From Desulfatiglandales bacterium (lineage in GTDB: Bacteria; Desulfobacterota; DSM-4660; Desulfatiglandales; Desulfatiglandaceae), in assembly GCA_963662465.1 (NCBI GenBank), contig OY759599.1:1216001-1280000 (forward strand): 64,000 nucleotides of DNA, in the 5' to 3' direction. The translations under genes were made by a program, and so were the position numbers. Positions 25,880-35,666 of this stretch are shown piece after piece. The notes below the pieces were generated by a model. It did not search any database. It saw nothing but the letters and a program-made list of their open reading frames with translations, and was not told where the DNA came from. Every line of letters begins with the position of its first letter. Positions within the stretch are counted from its first letter, which is position 1.

Positions 25880-28487
25880 CAGAGTTCCTGGTAAATGACC
25901 TTTACGCAACTTAACTGTTTGAAATCGTTATACTGGAGCTTCTCATAATTTCGTGTGCATTTCAGATTTTAGTGCAGCGTAACTAGCTGAAAATATTAGG
26001 TGGGGCAAAATATTTTTTTTATTGACAAATGAAAACTGAAAAATTATCTTCAGACCATGATTGTCAAAACAGAAAAAATTAGCGACCTATCCATATGGAC
26101 CGAGCGGGATTGGAAGGAAAAAATCACTGTTACGGTTTATCATGAGTATCGTCCTGTCGTCAGTTTCGATCCTGGGAAGATAAATGATAGGAGACTCGCT
26201 GCCGTACAACTTGTCGAGCTTGGTTATTGTAAAAACCGGGTTGCCGGTAAAATCTGTGGGTTTCACCGCAATACGGTTGGCAAACTGCTTCGCACCAAAA
26301 GACTTTTAGGTGTTGAGGCCATATTTGAGGACAACCGTGGTCCCAAGGCTCCCTGGAAATATATTGGCAGCATTCGCAAAACCATCAAAAAACTTATCCG
26401 CGAGAATCCTGACTGGACTGACCAGCAGATTGCAAATGCCGCGGAAAAGCAAACTGAAACGACTATTTCGAGAAGTGCTGTAGCTCGTATCAGAACCGCG
26501 GACCAAGATGCAGAAACTGAAAAGCCTACAAAGCATGACTTGGAGCAACTGGCTAAAATTGCGGATAGTATTGATTTGAAGCAACACGACGAGCGACAGC
26601 TTTCTTTCAACTTTGAGGCTGATTCTGAGTTCAAAAAGAAGGTAGATGAATTTGCTGATGAGGATACACCCAAGCCACAAACCGATACAGATAAAGTATT
26701 CCTGGATTATCTTCAACAGGGACAACGCAATGTCTTTGCCGGCATGCTTCTTCACCATCTGTTTTTAGATCATATCAACTTCCCAAATGCCTTTGATTTG
26801 CCTTCTTATTCCAATAATATGTATGATAATTATGAAGTGATGGAAACTGTCCTTTTCGGGTTGAACATCGGGTTGCCATCTATCGAATCCCATAAGCTGG
26901 TCAACAGTAGGGACATGGGGCTTTTGCTGGGACGAACCAGTTCCCCCGATGAGACCACTATTCGGTTGCGTTTAAAACAGATGGCCGAGTTCAAGCCCTC
27001 AGAGAGCCTGATAGATTATTTCGCAAACCTGTTTCTATCGTTGGGGTTCATCAACCCAGAGGTGTTTTTTATCGATGGGCACTTCCTTCCCTATTATGGA
27101 CTGAAAGTTCTATCCAAAGGCTACCATACCGTGAGACGAATTGTCATGAAAGGAAACGAGATTTATGTTGTCAGCGACCTTGACGGGAAGCCTTTCTTTT
27201 CAATTACCGAAGGGTGTGATATCGATTTCAGGCCGATCATCATAAGAGCGGCCGACAAGATAATCAGCCTGGGTGTCGACCGCCCCATTGTGGTTTTTGA
27301 TCGCGGTGGTTATGGTGTTCACTTTTTCAGTCAATTATCGACAAGGGCTGACTTTATTACGTGGGCCAGGTATGTGAAAAAAGATGAATTGAAAGACTTG
27401 GAATATACGAGCTGCTTGATGTTTAATGGGAAAAGATATCTCATTGCCGAGAAAACAAAACTGATTCGTGAATCGATTTCTACAGCTGCCAAAGAAGGCC
27501 GAACAGAGGCAACTTCGACAGAAGTACGTATGGTTGTTTTCAAGGAATTGGACAAGGATAGACCTGTGGCAATATATACCAGCAATCATCAAAAGCCTGC
27601 TCCTGATATTGCCGCATATATGCTTTCACGATGGGGAGAGTCTGAAAACTTTTTCAAAGAGATGATGTCCCTGTACAACTTCAATTATCATCCCGGTTAT
27701 GATCTTAAAGAACTTGAAGAACAGCCTCTTGTAGATAATCCTGAGGTAAAAACAATCAAAAAAACGATCAAGGGAATTAAACAAAAGATGGGGCAATTGG
27801 CGCTTGCAAAACAACAAACAGAGTCCAAAATAGAAGCACGAAAAGATCTTCGTCTTAAAAAAAAGCTAAACACGCTCCAGGAAGAGATAGAGAAATACGA
27901 CAAAGAGCTTGACGGTTTTCAGGCAGCCTTAAAAGAAATGCCTGACAAAGTATCGATAATTGAAGTGCTGAAAGGCAGACCAATGAACAAGGCAGATCTG
28001 GAGAAAAAGAAGCTCTACGACCTGATACAAATGATTGCCTTTCACTCACGCGAGCATCTGGTTGGCCTGTTCCGTTCATGTTATGATGATCCGCGGGATG
28101 TGAAACAGATCCTGACAAAGGTCACAAAACTCCCTGGTTATGTGAAATTAGTCGGGAAAACACTTGTTGTGCTTTTAGATTGGATAGAGGACAAAAAGCA
28201 TCGGAAGGCAGCAACAAGATTTTGCCATCTGATAAACACTATGTCGCCCAAATTGAGAGGTCGCATGGAGTTCGACCTTTATTTTCGCATCTCCTCAATC
28301 CCTCAAGTGGGTTATTGCTGTTAAAGCCTTGCTCATCGTTTCAGCCATCCTACGCAGGGTATCGTGTTTCGACCACATGTAGGGGCGAAAAATCTTTCGC
28401 CCTAATGGCCGAAACAATGATCAAGGCCGCTGTTGAACTAAATGCACAATTTGAATTGAGAAAAAACGTCATTTACTATGATGTCTG
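25880..28487 (+). mobile_element. Inner IS element, 2608 bp
   Basis: Imperfect IR CAGAGTTCCTGGTAAATGACCTTT / AAACGTCATTTACTATGATGTCTG; 6-bp duplication AATGTT (25874-25879, 28488-28493). Confidence 0.88.
26057..28324 (+). CDS. Putative DDE transposase (755 aa)
   Basis: N-terminal HTH; FIDGHFLPYYG, VVFDRGGY, RWGESENFFKEM; coiled-coil insert; lies between the IRs. Confidence 0.85.
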   Translation: MIVKTEKISDLSIWTERDWKEKITVTVYHEYRPVVSFDPGKINDRRLAAVQLVELGYCKNRVAGKICGFHRNTVGKLLRTKRLLGVEAIFEDNRGPKAPWKYIGSIRKTIKKLIRENPDWTDQQIANAAEKQTETTISRSAVARIRTADQDAETEKPTKHDLEQLAKIADSIDLKQHDERQLSFNFEADSEFKKKVDEFADEDTPKPQTDTDKVFLDYLQQGQRNVFAGMLLHHLFLDHINFPNAFDLPSYSNNMYDNYEVMETVLFGLNIGLPSIESHKLVNSRDMGLLLGRTSSPDETTIRLRLKQMAEFKPSESLIDYFANLFLSLGFINPEVFFIDGHFLPYYGLKVLSKGYHTVRRIVMKGNEIYVVSDLDGKPFFSITEGCDIDFRPIIIRAADKIISLGVDRPIVVFDRGGYGVHFFSQLSTRADFITWARYVKKDELKDLEYTSCLMFNGKRYLIAEKTKLIRESISTAAKEGRTEATSTEVRMVVFKELDKDRPVAIYTSNHQKPAPDIAAYMLSRWGESENFFKEMMSLYNFNYHPGYDLKELEEQPLVDNPEVKTIKKTIKGIKQKMGQLALAKQQTESKIEARKDLRLKKKLNTLQEEIEKYDKELDGFQAALKEMPDKVSIIEVLKGRPMNKADLEKKKLYDLIQMIAFHSREHLVGLFRSCYDDPRDVKQILTKVTKLPGYVKLVGKTLVVLLDWIEDKKHRKAATRFCHLINTMSPKLRGRMEFDLYFRISSIPQVGYCC

Positions 28488-30347
28488 AATGTTATTACGA
28501 TCCAAAACAGTATCCTGAGATTTTCTTTGAAATTGAGAAATGCATTAATGCCATCAGATCATGGATCAATGAAAGGGAGATGTTTCAATCATTGCAATAT
28601 TTTTATGTAACATTGTCTGCTCTTATTGATGAACTTGGTAGGTTAATAAGTCAATTATGGGATATTTGTAAGCCAATAAAAGGGAAAAAAAGCATTCCAA
28701 AAACACAACGGGATCGACAGAAAATTAGAATCTTTTATTCAATTCGTTCAATGATAAGTAATATTACTAAAAAATTGAATAATGTAAAAAGTCGTGATAG
28801 TACAATCAGTATTGCATTTGAGATAGGGATGTTAAAATCTTTTGATAAATCCATAATCGAAAATGTAAAAAAGAAAATGGAAGACCTTGTTTCTAAACGA
28901 GGAAATCAAACATATATCTTTCCTTATAATAACACCGAAAGCTATCATGCTCTCGTAAAAGATAGTAAGAAGTTTCGCATTGAAGTATTAGATAAACTCG
29001 ATAAATATGATCACCACACAGGCCATAATTCAACATGTTCTGGACCTAAAGAATATATTTTATCTGGTTTCCGCGGGAATCCTCGAAAAACAATAATGAA
29101 TGGAGGAGAACAACAGACATTCCCAATCCGCATGATACAATGCCGGAAGTGCAAACAAAAGTTCTCTCTTGTTCCCAGCTTTCTCCCAAGGGAAAAGAAT
29201 TTTGGTATAGAGATTATTGGGCACGTATTTCGGAATATGTACCGTTTTAATGCGAGCATTCAAGGAGCCATCTAAAGCCTTAAAATTATTGGCAAAAAAA
29301 GTGTCAAAAGCAAACAAACCATCTTGAACTGGAATCGATGGGCAGGAACACTTCATCCTGCAACAATACTAACAAGAGCAGGAGTGAAAGGCTCAGGATA
29401 TCTACAGGAAGATGAGGGCTTTGAAAAAGAACCAAATTTAAGAACTTATTCTGTAGTTATGGTCGATCCTGAAAATTTATTAGTATGGCACTCCGATTAT
29501 GTTGATCATGTTGATGAAGAAAACCTGTGCGGTTCATTTGAGGATTTTTTGCAAAAAATCGACTTCAAAATCCTTGGTGTAACAAAAGATAAGTGGAAAG
29601 CCTCAACCAATGCTATCAAGACCGTATTCCATAACATTTGGGTCGGATATTGCCATCGTCATTGTTTGAAAAACTTCTACGATGCACTATCAAAATATCA
29701 AAAAGAATCAAAATGTACCGACCAAGAAGTGGACAAGTTTTATAAAAAATTTAAGAAAGTTTTGAAAACATCCACATCTAAAGTTAACTTGGAAGTAAAG
29801 ATTAAGGCATTAGATGACGATGCATTTTCTCATCCATTACTAAAAAAGAGGGTAGTAGAATTAAAAGAAAATGCCACTCATTATACCTCTCATAAAAATA
29901 GAAATGGGATAAAACAAACAACCTCCATTGTTGACAATTATTTAAAAGGAATCAAACGTAAACTAAAACAAATTGAGAGTTTTCGAGATAAGAAATGGGC
30001 AAGTCTTTTCTTTCGAGCACATGCGACTATCAGGAATTTTGTCCCATTTTTACCTGGCGCAAAAAATGCTCATAAAAGTCCCTTTGAATTAGCCAACGGC
30101 CAAACATTTGACTTACCTTGGATTCAAGTTATGAATGTTCATAATGCATTCTTGTTTACCGAAAACGCCTTTTAATTTTGATGGGTTATACAACCCCACA
30201 ACATTTAGACTTATGCGAGAAAAATGAAGCCATAGTCGCTTATTCGAGTGAATCCGGGAAACCACTGTCCATACGATTTTATCTTGAAATAATCGGATTA
30301 ATCGGATATAAACAAACCACTTCACACCTGAACAAGGTATCAAATCC

Positions 30348-30719
30348 ATGTTTGTATTTCAAAAGATTATTGAAAAGCGGATCCAAGATGCTCAGAAAAA
30401 TGGGGACTTCGATGACCTTCCGGGAAAAGGAAAACCCATTTATTTTGAAGATGACAGCCATATTCCAGAGGACCTTCGGCTGACCTACAAAATTCTGAGA
30501 AATGCGGATTGTCTTCCCCCGGAACTCCAGCTCAGGAAAGAGATCCGGACCATGGAGGACATGCTGGACGGCATCCCCGACGAAAAACAAAAATTTCGGC
30601 ATATCAAAAAAATAAATTACAAAATCATGCAGTTAAATATGATGGGAAAAGGGTCCCCGCTGTTGGGAGAGTCGGAAATCTATTACCGAAAAGTGCTTGA
30701 AAAAACCGATCGGAAGTAA
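30348..30719 (+). CDS. DUF1992 family protein
   Basis: IIEKRIQDAQKNGDFDDLPGKGKP...LRLTYKILRNADCLPPEL signature. Confidence 0.85.
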   Translation: MFVFQKIIEKRIQDAQKNGDFDDLPGKGKPIYFEDDSHIPEDLRLTYKILRNADCLPPELQLRKEIRTMEDMLDGIPDEKQKFRHIKKINYKIMQLNMMGKGSPLLGESEIYYRKVLEKTDRK

Positions 30720-30761
30720 TTCCCAATCCGCATTTCGCGATTATCTAGGAGATGTTATCCC

Positions 30762-31811
30762 ATGGATATGAAAAGGGACTATTACGAGGATGTGCGACTT
30801 TTTTCATCGGGGGTGGTGGTATTCTGGTTTGCGGCTCTGATGCTTTGTTTGGCCCTGTTTCCTCTCTTTGTCAAAAATTATTATGTTTATATGGCCAACT
30901 ACATGGCCATCAATATCATCGTGGCCGTGGGGCTGAATCTACTGGTGGGGTATACCGGGCAGATATCCCTGGGACATGCGGGTTTTTTTGCCATCGGCGC
31001 CTATGGAACCGTGGTGTTTATGGCCAAGGCCCATCTGCCCTTTCTGCTGGCCCTGCCGGCCGGCGGCTTGACGGCAGCCCTTTTCGGCTTTCTTCTGGGC
31101 ATTCCAGCCTTGAGGCTTGAAGGACCATATCTTTCCATTGCCACCCTGGGGTTCGGTCTTACCATCACGCAGGTCATTGGTCGCGTTGATCTTTTTGGTG
31201 GCCGGCAGGGGTTGCATACGCCACCGCTTACCATCGGAGGGTGGCATCTGGAATCCGACCGGGATTTTTATTATCTATTGATTGTCGTTACCGTCATTTT
31301 GGTTCTGACGGCTCGAAATCTTATCAAAACCAAAGTCGGGCGCGCTTTTATCGCCATCCGAGATGCGGATATCGCCGCTGAAACCATGGGGGTCAACCTG
31401 ACCTATTACAAGACCCTGGCCTTTGCGGTGAGCGCCTTTTATGCCGGTATTGCTGGAGGTCTGTATGCTTTTGTCCTGCGTTTCATTGAGCCGGAAATGT
31501 TTACCCTCATGATGTCCATCCTTTTTCTGGGGATGGTGGTGGTGGGGGGGCTGGGATCCATTTTCGGCGCCATTGCGGGGGCTTGCCTGTTGAGTTGGCT
31601 GGATCTGGAATTGCGCAATATCCTGAGTATCCCCTATTTGGGGCAGTGGCTGGAGGCCATGAGCAAGGATTATTTTTCCATCACGGGGGTGAGCAATATT
31701 CAGTTCATTATTTACGGTCTCATTATGGTTTTGATCATGCTTTTTGAACCGCTGGGGATTTACGGGTTCTGGATTCGGACCAAGATTTACTGGCGGACCT
31801 GGCCCTTCTGA
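30762..31811 (+). CDS. livM: Branched-chain amino acid-type ABC permease
   Basis: GLNLLVGYTGQISLGHAGFFAIGAY, LRLEGPYLSIATLGF, GRAFIAIRD. Confidence 0.9.
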   Translation: MDMKRDYYEDVRLFSSGVVVFWFAALMLCLALFPLFVKNYYVYMANYMAINIIVAVGLNLLVGYTGQISLGHAGFFAIGAYGTVVFMAKAHLPFLLALPAGGLTAALFGFLLGIPALRLEGPYLSIATLGFGLTITQVIGRVDLFGGRQGLHTPPLTIGGWHLESDRDFYYLLIVVTVILVLTARNLIKTKVGRAFIAIRDADIAAETMGVNLTYYKTLAFAVSAFYAGIAGGLYAFVLRFIEPEMFTLMMSILFLGMVVVGGLGSIFGAIAGACLLSWLDLELRNILSIPYLGQWLEAMSKDYFSITGVSNIQFIIYGLIMVLIMLFEPLGIYGFWIRTKIYWRTWPF

Positions 31812-31844
31812 TTGTCGATTGTCGATTGTTGATTGTTGATTGGT
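31810..31844. repeat. Heptamer tandem repeat (GATTGTY) x5
   Basis: GATTGTC GATTGTC GATTGTT GATTGTT GATTGGT between the two permease genes. Confidence 0.85.
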
Positions 31845-31880
31845 TTTGCTCGGCTGGGCATTTTTCTTGAGGACGTCATT

Positions 31881-32756
31881 ATGCTTGAATTCATCCAGAC
31901 CATTGCCAGCGGAATTGCCGTGGGGAGTTCCTATGCACTGATGGGGCTTGCCATGGTGCTGATCTACAAGACTTCCGAGGTCGTGAACTTTGCTCAGGGT
32001 GAGATGGCGCTGGTTTCCAGCTTTTTGACTTATATGGTTCTGGAGTATCATGGTCTTCCTTTTTATGTGGCTTTCCCCTCGGCTTTAATTTTTGCGGCAT
32101 TCCTGGGGTTTTTTCTGGAGTTCGCGGTTCTCCGGCGGGCTAAGGAACCCAACATCCTGGGGATGATTATTATCACCATCGGCCTTGAGATGATCCTCAT
32201 GGGATTCGTTTCCTGGAAATTCGGGGCCGATCCCAAAACCATGCCCTTTCCCCTGTCCCCCTATGACAGCGTTGAAATCGGGGGGATCTTTGTGAGTGCT
32301 CTGGAAGTGCTTACCTTTGTGGTGGCCCTGACCGTCATGGTTATCCTGTTTCTGTTCCTGAAATATTCCAAGCTGGGGGTGGCCATGAAGGCCACCCAGC
32401 AAAACAATATGGCGGCACGCCTCATGGGGATCAGGACCAATCGGATTCTGATGGTTACCTGGGGGATTTCTTCCATGGTCGGTTGCCTTTCCGGTCTTTT
32501 GATCGCTCCCATGACCATGCAGCCTTACATGATGTGGGATCCCATGCTGAAGGGGTTTGCGGGTGCGGTGATGGGCGGCATGACCTCCCTTCCCGGTTCT
32601 GTTTTCGGCGCCTATATCATCGGCATCATCGAGAATCTGTTTGGCCTCTATGTGTCCATAGAGTTCAAATCCGTTGTGGCCTTCGCGATTATTGTGGTGG
32701 TTCTGTGTCTCAAGCCTTCAGGGCTTTTTGCACGTCATTATGTGAAAAAGGTGTGA
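31881..32756 (+). CDS. livH: Branched-chain amino acid-type ABC permease
   Basis: GSSYALMGLAMVLIYKTSEVVNFAQGE; start at ATG 31881 behind GAGGA. Confidence 0.9.
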   Translation: MLEFIQTIASGIAVGSSYALMGLAMVLIYKTSEVVNFAQGEMALVSSFLTYMVLEYHGLPFYVAFPSALIFAAFLGFFLEFAVLRRAKEPNILGMIIITIGLEMILMGFVSWKFGADPKTMPFPLSPYDSVEIGGIFVSALEVLTFVVALTVMVILFLFLKYSKLGVAMKATQQNNMAARLMGIRTNRILMVTWGISSMVGCLSGLLIAPMTMQPYMMWDPMLKGFAGAVMGGMTSLPGSVFGAYIIGIIENLFGLYVSIEFKSVVAFAIIVVVLCLKPSGLFARHYVKKV

Positions 32757-32803
32757 GAATTGTGGAGTTTTGAATCGTCAACCATTATGGAAAGGAGAAG
32801 GGC

Positions 32804-34000
32804 ATGAAAACGAAGAGATTTCTGGTGGGATTGGCAGCGGTTGTTCTGGTGTTGGGGATGGCTTTCGCGGCGGGGGCCGAGGAAGGGGTGACGGATACGG
32901 AAATCCATATTGGGCAATGGGGGCCTCAGACAGGTCCCGCGGCCCCATGGGGATCCGTGGCCCGGGGGACGGATGCCTACTTCAAGATGATCAATGCCGA
33001 AGGCGGGATCAATGGACGGAAGCTCATCCATCACATGTTTGACGATGGCTATAACCCCGCCAAAACCAAGGCGGGCGTCAAAGAACTACAGGAGGGAACG
33101 GGCATGTTCGCCTGGGTGTCCGGCGTGGGCACGGCCCCCGGGCTATCGGTAATGGATTATCTCATGGAGCGGAAAATCCCCTGGGTAGGGCCTTCCGCGG
33201 GTTCCCTTCACTGGATCGAGCCCCCTCATAAATACCTCTTTGCGGTCTATCCCCTCTATTACATTGAGGCCAAGGGGCTTTGCCGTTATGCGGTGGAGAA
33301 ACTGGGAAAGAAACGCATTGCCATCGCTTACCAGAACGATGATTACGGCAAAAACGGCGTCAAGGGGGCTGCGGAAGAACTGGCGAAAATGGGACTGAAG
33401 CTGGTGGAGCAGATTCCCGTTGAAAAATCTGATACGGACATGAAACCCCATGTCATGAAACTAAAAAAGGCCGAGGCCGATGCGGTGTTGTTGTGGGTGA
33501 CCCCGACCCATGCGGTGCGCATTGTCGGTACCAGCAAAGCCATGAAATTTGCCCCCCAATGGTTGAGCACCAGTACTTGTTCTGATTTTCCGCTGATGTA
33601 CAAAATCAGCAAGGGTCTGTGGGAGGGCGTCATTGCCGCTACCTTTGGGGAGTTGCCGAATGCGGATGATCCCCTGCTCAAAAAATACAAAAAGGATGCC
33701 TACGAAAAATTTGCTGCCAAAGGCGAAAGATGGGGCCTGTTTTTCTATGCGGGCATCATCTTTTCGGAACCCCTGGTGGAAGGCATCAAGCGATGCGGCA
33801 AGGATCTGACCCGCGAAAGACTCGTTAAAGAGATGGAAGGGATCAAGGATTTCAAGGGGATCGGCGGAAAGATCAGCTATGGCCCGCTGGATCTGGCGGA
33901 GCCTTATGCATGTCGCCAGGGCCAGAAAGAGATTTTCCTGGTCAAATGCCTCAAAGGGGGCAAGTATGAGAAACTGACCGACTGGATGGAAATTAAATAA
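32804..34000 (+). CDS. livK: Liv-type ABC substrate-binding protein
   Basis: Signal peptide; GVTDTEIHIG, INAEGGINGRKL..DDGYNP. Confidence 0.85.
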   Translation: MKTKRFLVGLAAVVLVLGMAFAAGAEEGVTDTEIHIGQWGPQTGPAAPWGSVARGTDAYFKMINAEGGINGRKLIHHMFDDGYNPAKTKAGVKELQEGTGMFAWVSGVGTAPGLSVMDYLMERKIPWVGPSAGSLHWIEPPHKYLFAVYPLYYIEAKGLCRYAVEKLGKKRIAIAYQNDDYGKNGVKGAAEELAKMGLKLVEQIPVEKSDTDMKPHVMKLKKAEADAVLLWVTPTHAVRIVGTSKAMKFAPQWLSTSTCSDFPLMYKISKGLWEGVIAATFGELPNADDPLLKKYKKDAYEKFAAKGERWGLFFYAGIIFSEPLVEGIKRCGKDLTRERLVKEMEGIKDFKGIGGKISYGPLDLAEPYACRQGQKEIFLVKCLKGGKYEKLTDWMEIK

Positions 34001-34006
34001 AGGCAT

Positions 34007-34075
34007 GGTTTACGGTTTACGGTTACCGGTTTACGGTCTTAAAAAACCGTGAACCGTGAACCGGCAACCGTAAAC
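34007..34075. repeat. Inverted heptamer arrays forming a long hairpin
   Basis: (GGTTTAC)-like x4, short loop, then (GTRAACC)-like x4, directly after the binding-protein gene. Confidence 0.8.
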
Positions 34076-34098
34076 TGCTGTAATTTCGTGGCGGTTTT

Positions 34099-34890
34099 AT
34101 GGATTTTTTTAAGGTTGAGGACTTAGGCATATCATTCGGCGGCCTGGTGGCCCTGAACGGTATTCATTTCCAGGTTAAGAAAGGTTCCATTTTTGCCATC
34201 ATCGGTCCCAATGGCGCGGGGAAGACAACGCTTTTCAACTGCATTAACGGGATTTACAAACCCAATCGGGGCCGGATTGTTTTTAAGGATATGGAGATTC
34301 AGGGGAAGAAGCCGGATCATGTGGCCAAGTTGGGGATTGCCCGCACCTTTCAGAATATCGAATTGTTTTCCCATATGAGCACCATGGAAAATCTCATGGC
34401 GGGTCGCCATAATTACATGAAGACGGGTCTTTTCAGGGGGTCCTTCATGTGGGGACGCAACTCCTTTGCCGGGCGTGAAGAGGTTTCTCACCGACGAAAG
34501 GTGGAGGAGATCATCGATCTGCTGGATTTGCAGTCCGTGCGCAATAAATTTGTCGGCGGCCTTCCCTACGGCACCCAGAAACAGGTGGAGCTGGGCAGGG
34601 CCCTGGCCCTTGAACCGGAACTGCTGCTGCTGGATGAACCCTGTGCCGGGATGAATTCCGAAGAAAAGCAGGACATGATTTTCTGGGTCAAGGATATCCA
34701 GGATGAACTGGGGGTGACCATTCTGCTCATTGAACACGACATGAAGATGGTCATGGACATTTCGGAACGGATTCTGGTCATTAATTTCGGCAAGCCCATC
34801 ATGGAGGGGAACCCCGAGGAGGTTCAGAAGAACCCCGAGGTTCTGAAGGCCTACCTGGGAGAGGACGAAGCCATTGGCGACGCTGCTTGA
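34099..34890 (+). CDS. livG: ABC ATP-binding protein
   Basis: IIGPNGAGKTT, GIARTFQNIELF, LPYGTQKQVEL, LLLLDEP. Confidence 0.9.
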   Translation: MDFFKVEDLGISFGGLVALNGIHFQVKKGSIFAIIGPNGAGKTTLFNCINGIYKPNRGRIVFKDMEIQGKKPDHVAKLGIARTFQNIELFSHMSTMENLMAGRHNYMKTGLFRGSFMWGRNSFAGREEVSHRRKVEEIIDLLDLQSVRNKFVGGLPYGTQKQVELGRALALEPELLLLDEPCAGMNSEEKQDMIFWVKDIQDELGVTILLIEHDMKMVMDISERILVINFGKPIMEGNPEEVQKNPEVLKAYLGEDEAIGDAA

Positions 34891-35650
34891 CATCAAGAAC
34901 ATCGAGACCTTCTATGGCTTGATCTACGCCTTGAGAGGCGTATCCCTTGCCGTGGAAGAGGGGACCATTACCGCGATCCTGGGGAATAACGGCGCCGGCA
35001 AGTCCACCATTTTGAAAACGGTGATGGGTCTTTTAGATGATCAACCCGACAAGGGAACCATCGAATTCTTAGGAAAGCGCATTGACGGAAAAGACCCGGA
35101 GGTCATTGTCAGACGGGGCATTTCTTATGTCCCCGAGGGACGGGAAGTGTTTGAAGAATTGACCGTTCGGGAAAATCTTTTGATGGGCGCCTACATCCGC
35201 CGGGATCGATCGGGCATCAAGAAGGACGTGGAAGAGATTTTCGGACATTTTCCGGTTTTGAAGGATCGACACGGTCAATGGGCGGGCACCCTGTCCGGGG
35301 GTGAGCAGCAGATGCTGGCAATGGGCCGTGCCTTGATGAACCGCCCGAAACTTCTTTTTCTGGATGAACCCTCTCTCGGGCTTTCGCCGCTTCTGGTGAA
35401 AGAGATCTTCAAGATTATCCGCACCATCAACAAGGGGGGCATGACGATCCTTTTGGTGGAGCAGAATGCGCGCATGGCCCTTTCCATATCCTATATGGGA
35501 TTGATCCTGGAAAACGGGCGGTTTGTCATGAAGGGAAAATCCCAGGAATTGATGGAAGACCGGGATGTAAAGGAATTCTACATGGGCATTCGGAGTGAAG
35601 AATCCGCCAAGGGTTTTCAACGGTGGAAACGGAAGAAACGATGGCGATAG
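34874..35650 (+). CDS. livF: ABC ATP-binding protein
   Basis: LGNNGAGKST, VPEGREVF, LSGGEQQMLA, LDEPSLGL. Confidence 0.9.
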   Translation: MATLLDIKNIETFYGLIYALRGVSLAVEEGTITAILGNNGAGKSTILKTVMGLLDDQPDKGTIEFLGKRIDGKDPEVIVRRGISYVPEGREVFEELTVRENLLMGAYIRRDRSGIKKDVEEIFGHFPVLKDRHGQWAGTLSGGEQQMLAMGRALMNRPKLLFLDEPSLGLSPLLVKEIFKIIRTINKGGMTILLVEQNARMALSISYMGLILENGRFVMKGKSQELMEDRDVKEFYMGIRSEESAKGFQRWKRKKRWR

Positions 35651-35666
35651 TTGGAGGTACTCCTTA

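Larger units (their letters stand above)
25810..30175 (+). pseudogene. Transposase of the outer IS, split by an IS insertion and an in-frame TAA
   Basis: MINNIKRALTMLDKAQNRLARQC (25810) joins in frame to YYDPKQYPE (28493) once the inner IS is removed. TAA at 29273-29275 is in frame with ORF 29324-30175. CRKC zinc ribbon, QEDEG, VTKD, CHRH. Confidence 0.85.
25597..30218 (+). mobile_element. Outer IS element of unclear family, interrupted by a second IS
   Basis: Perfect 27-bp IR TCGCATAAGTCTAAATGTTGTGGGGTT (25597-25623 / 30192-30218); 6-bp duplication GAAAAA on both sides. Confidence 0.9.

Noticed and set aside
28478..30175. Two independent hypothetical genes
   Set aside because: They are in frame across one TAA and join an upstream fragment at 25810, so they are one broken transposase.
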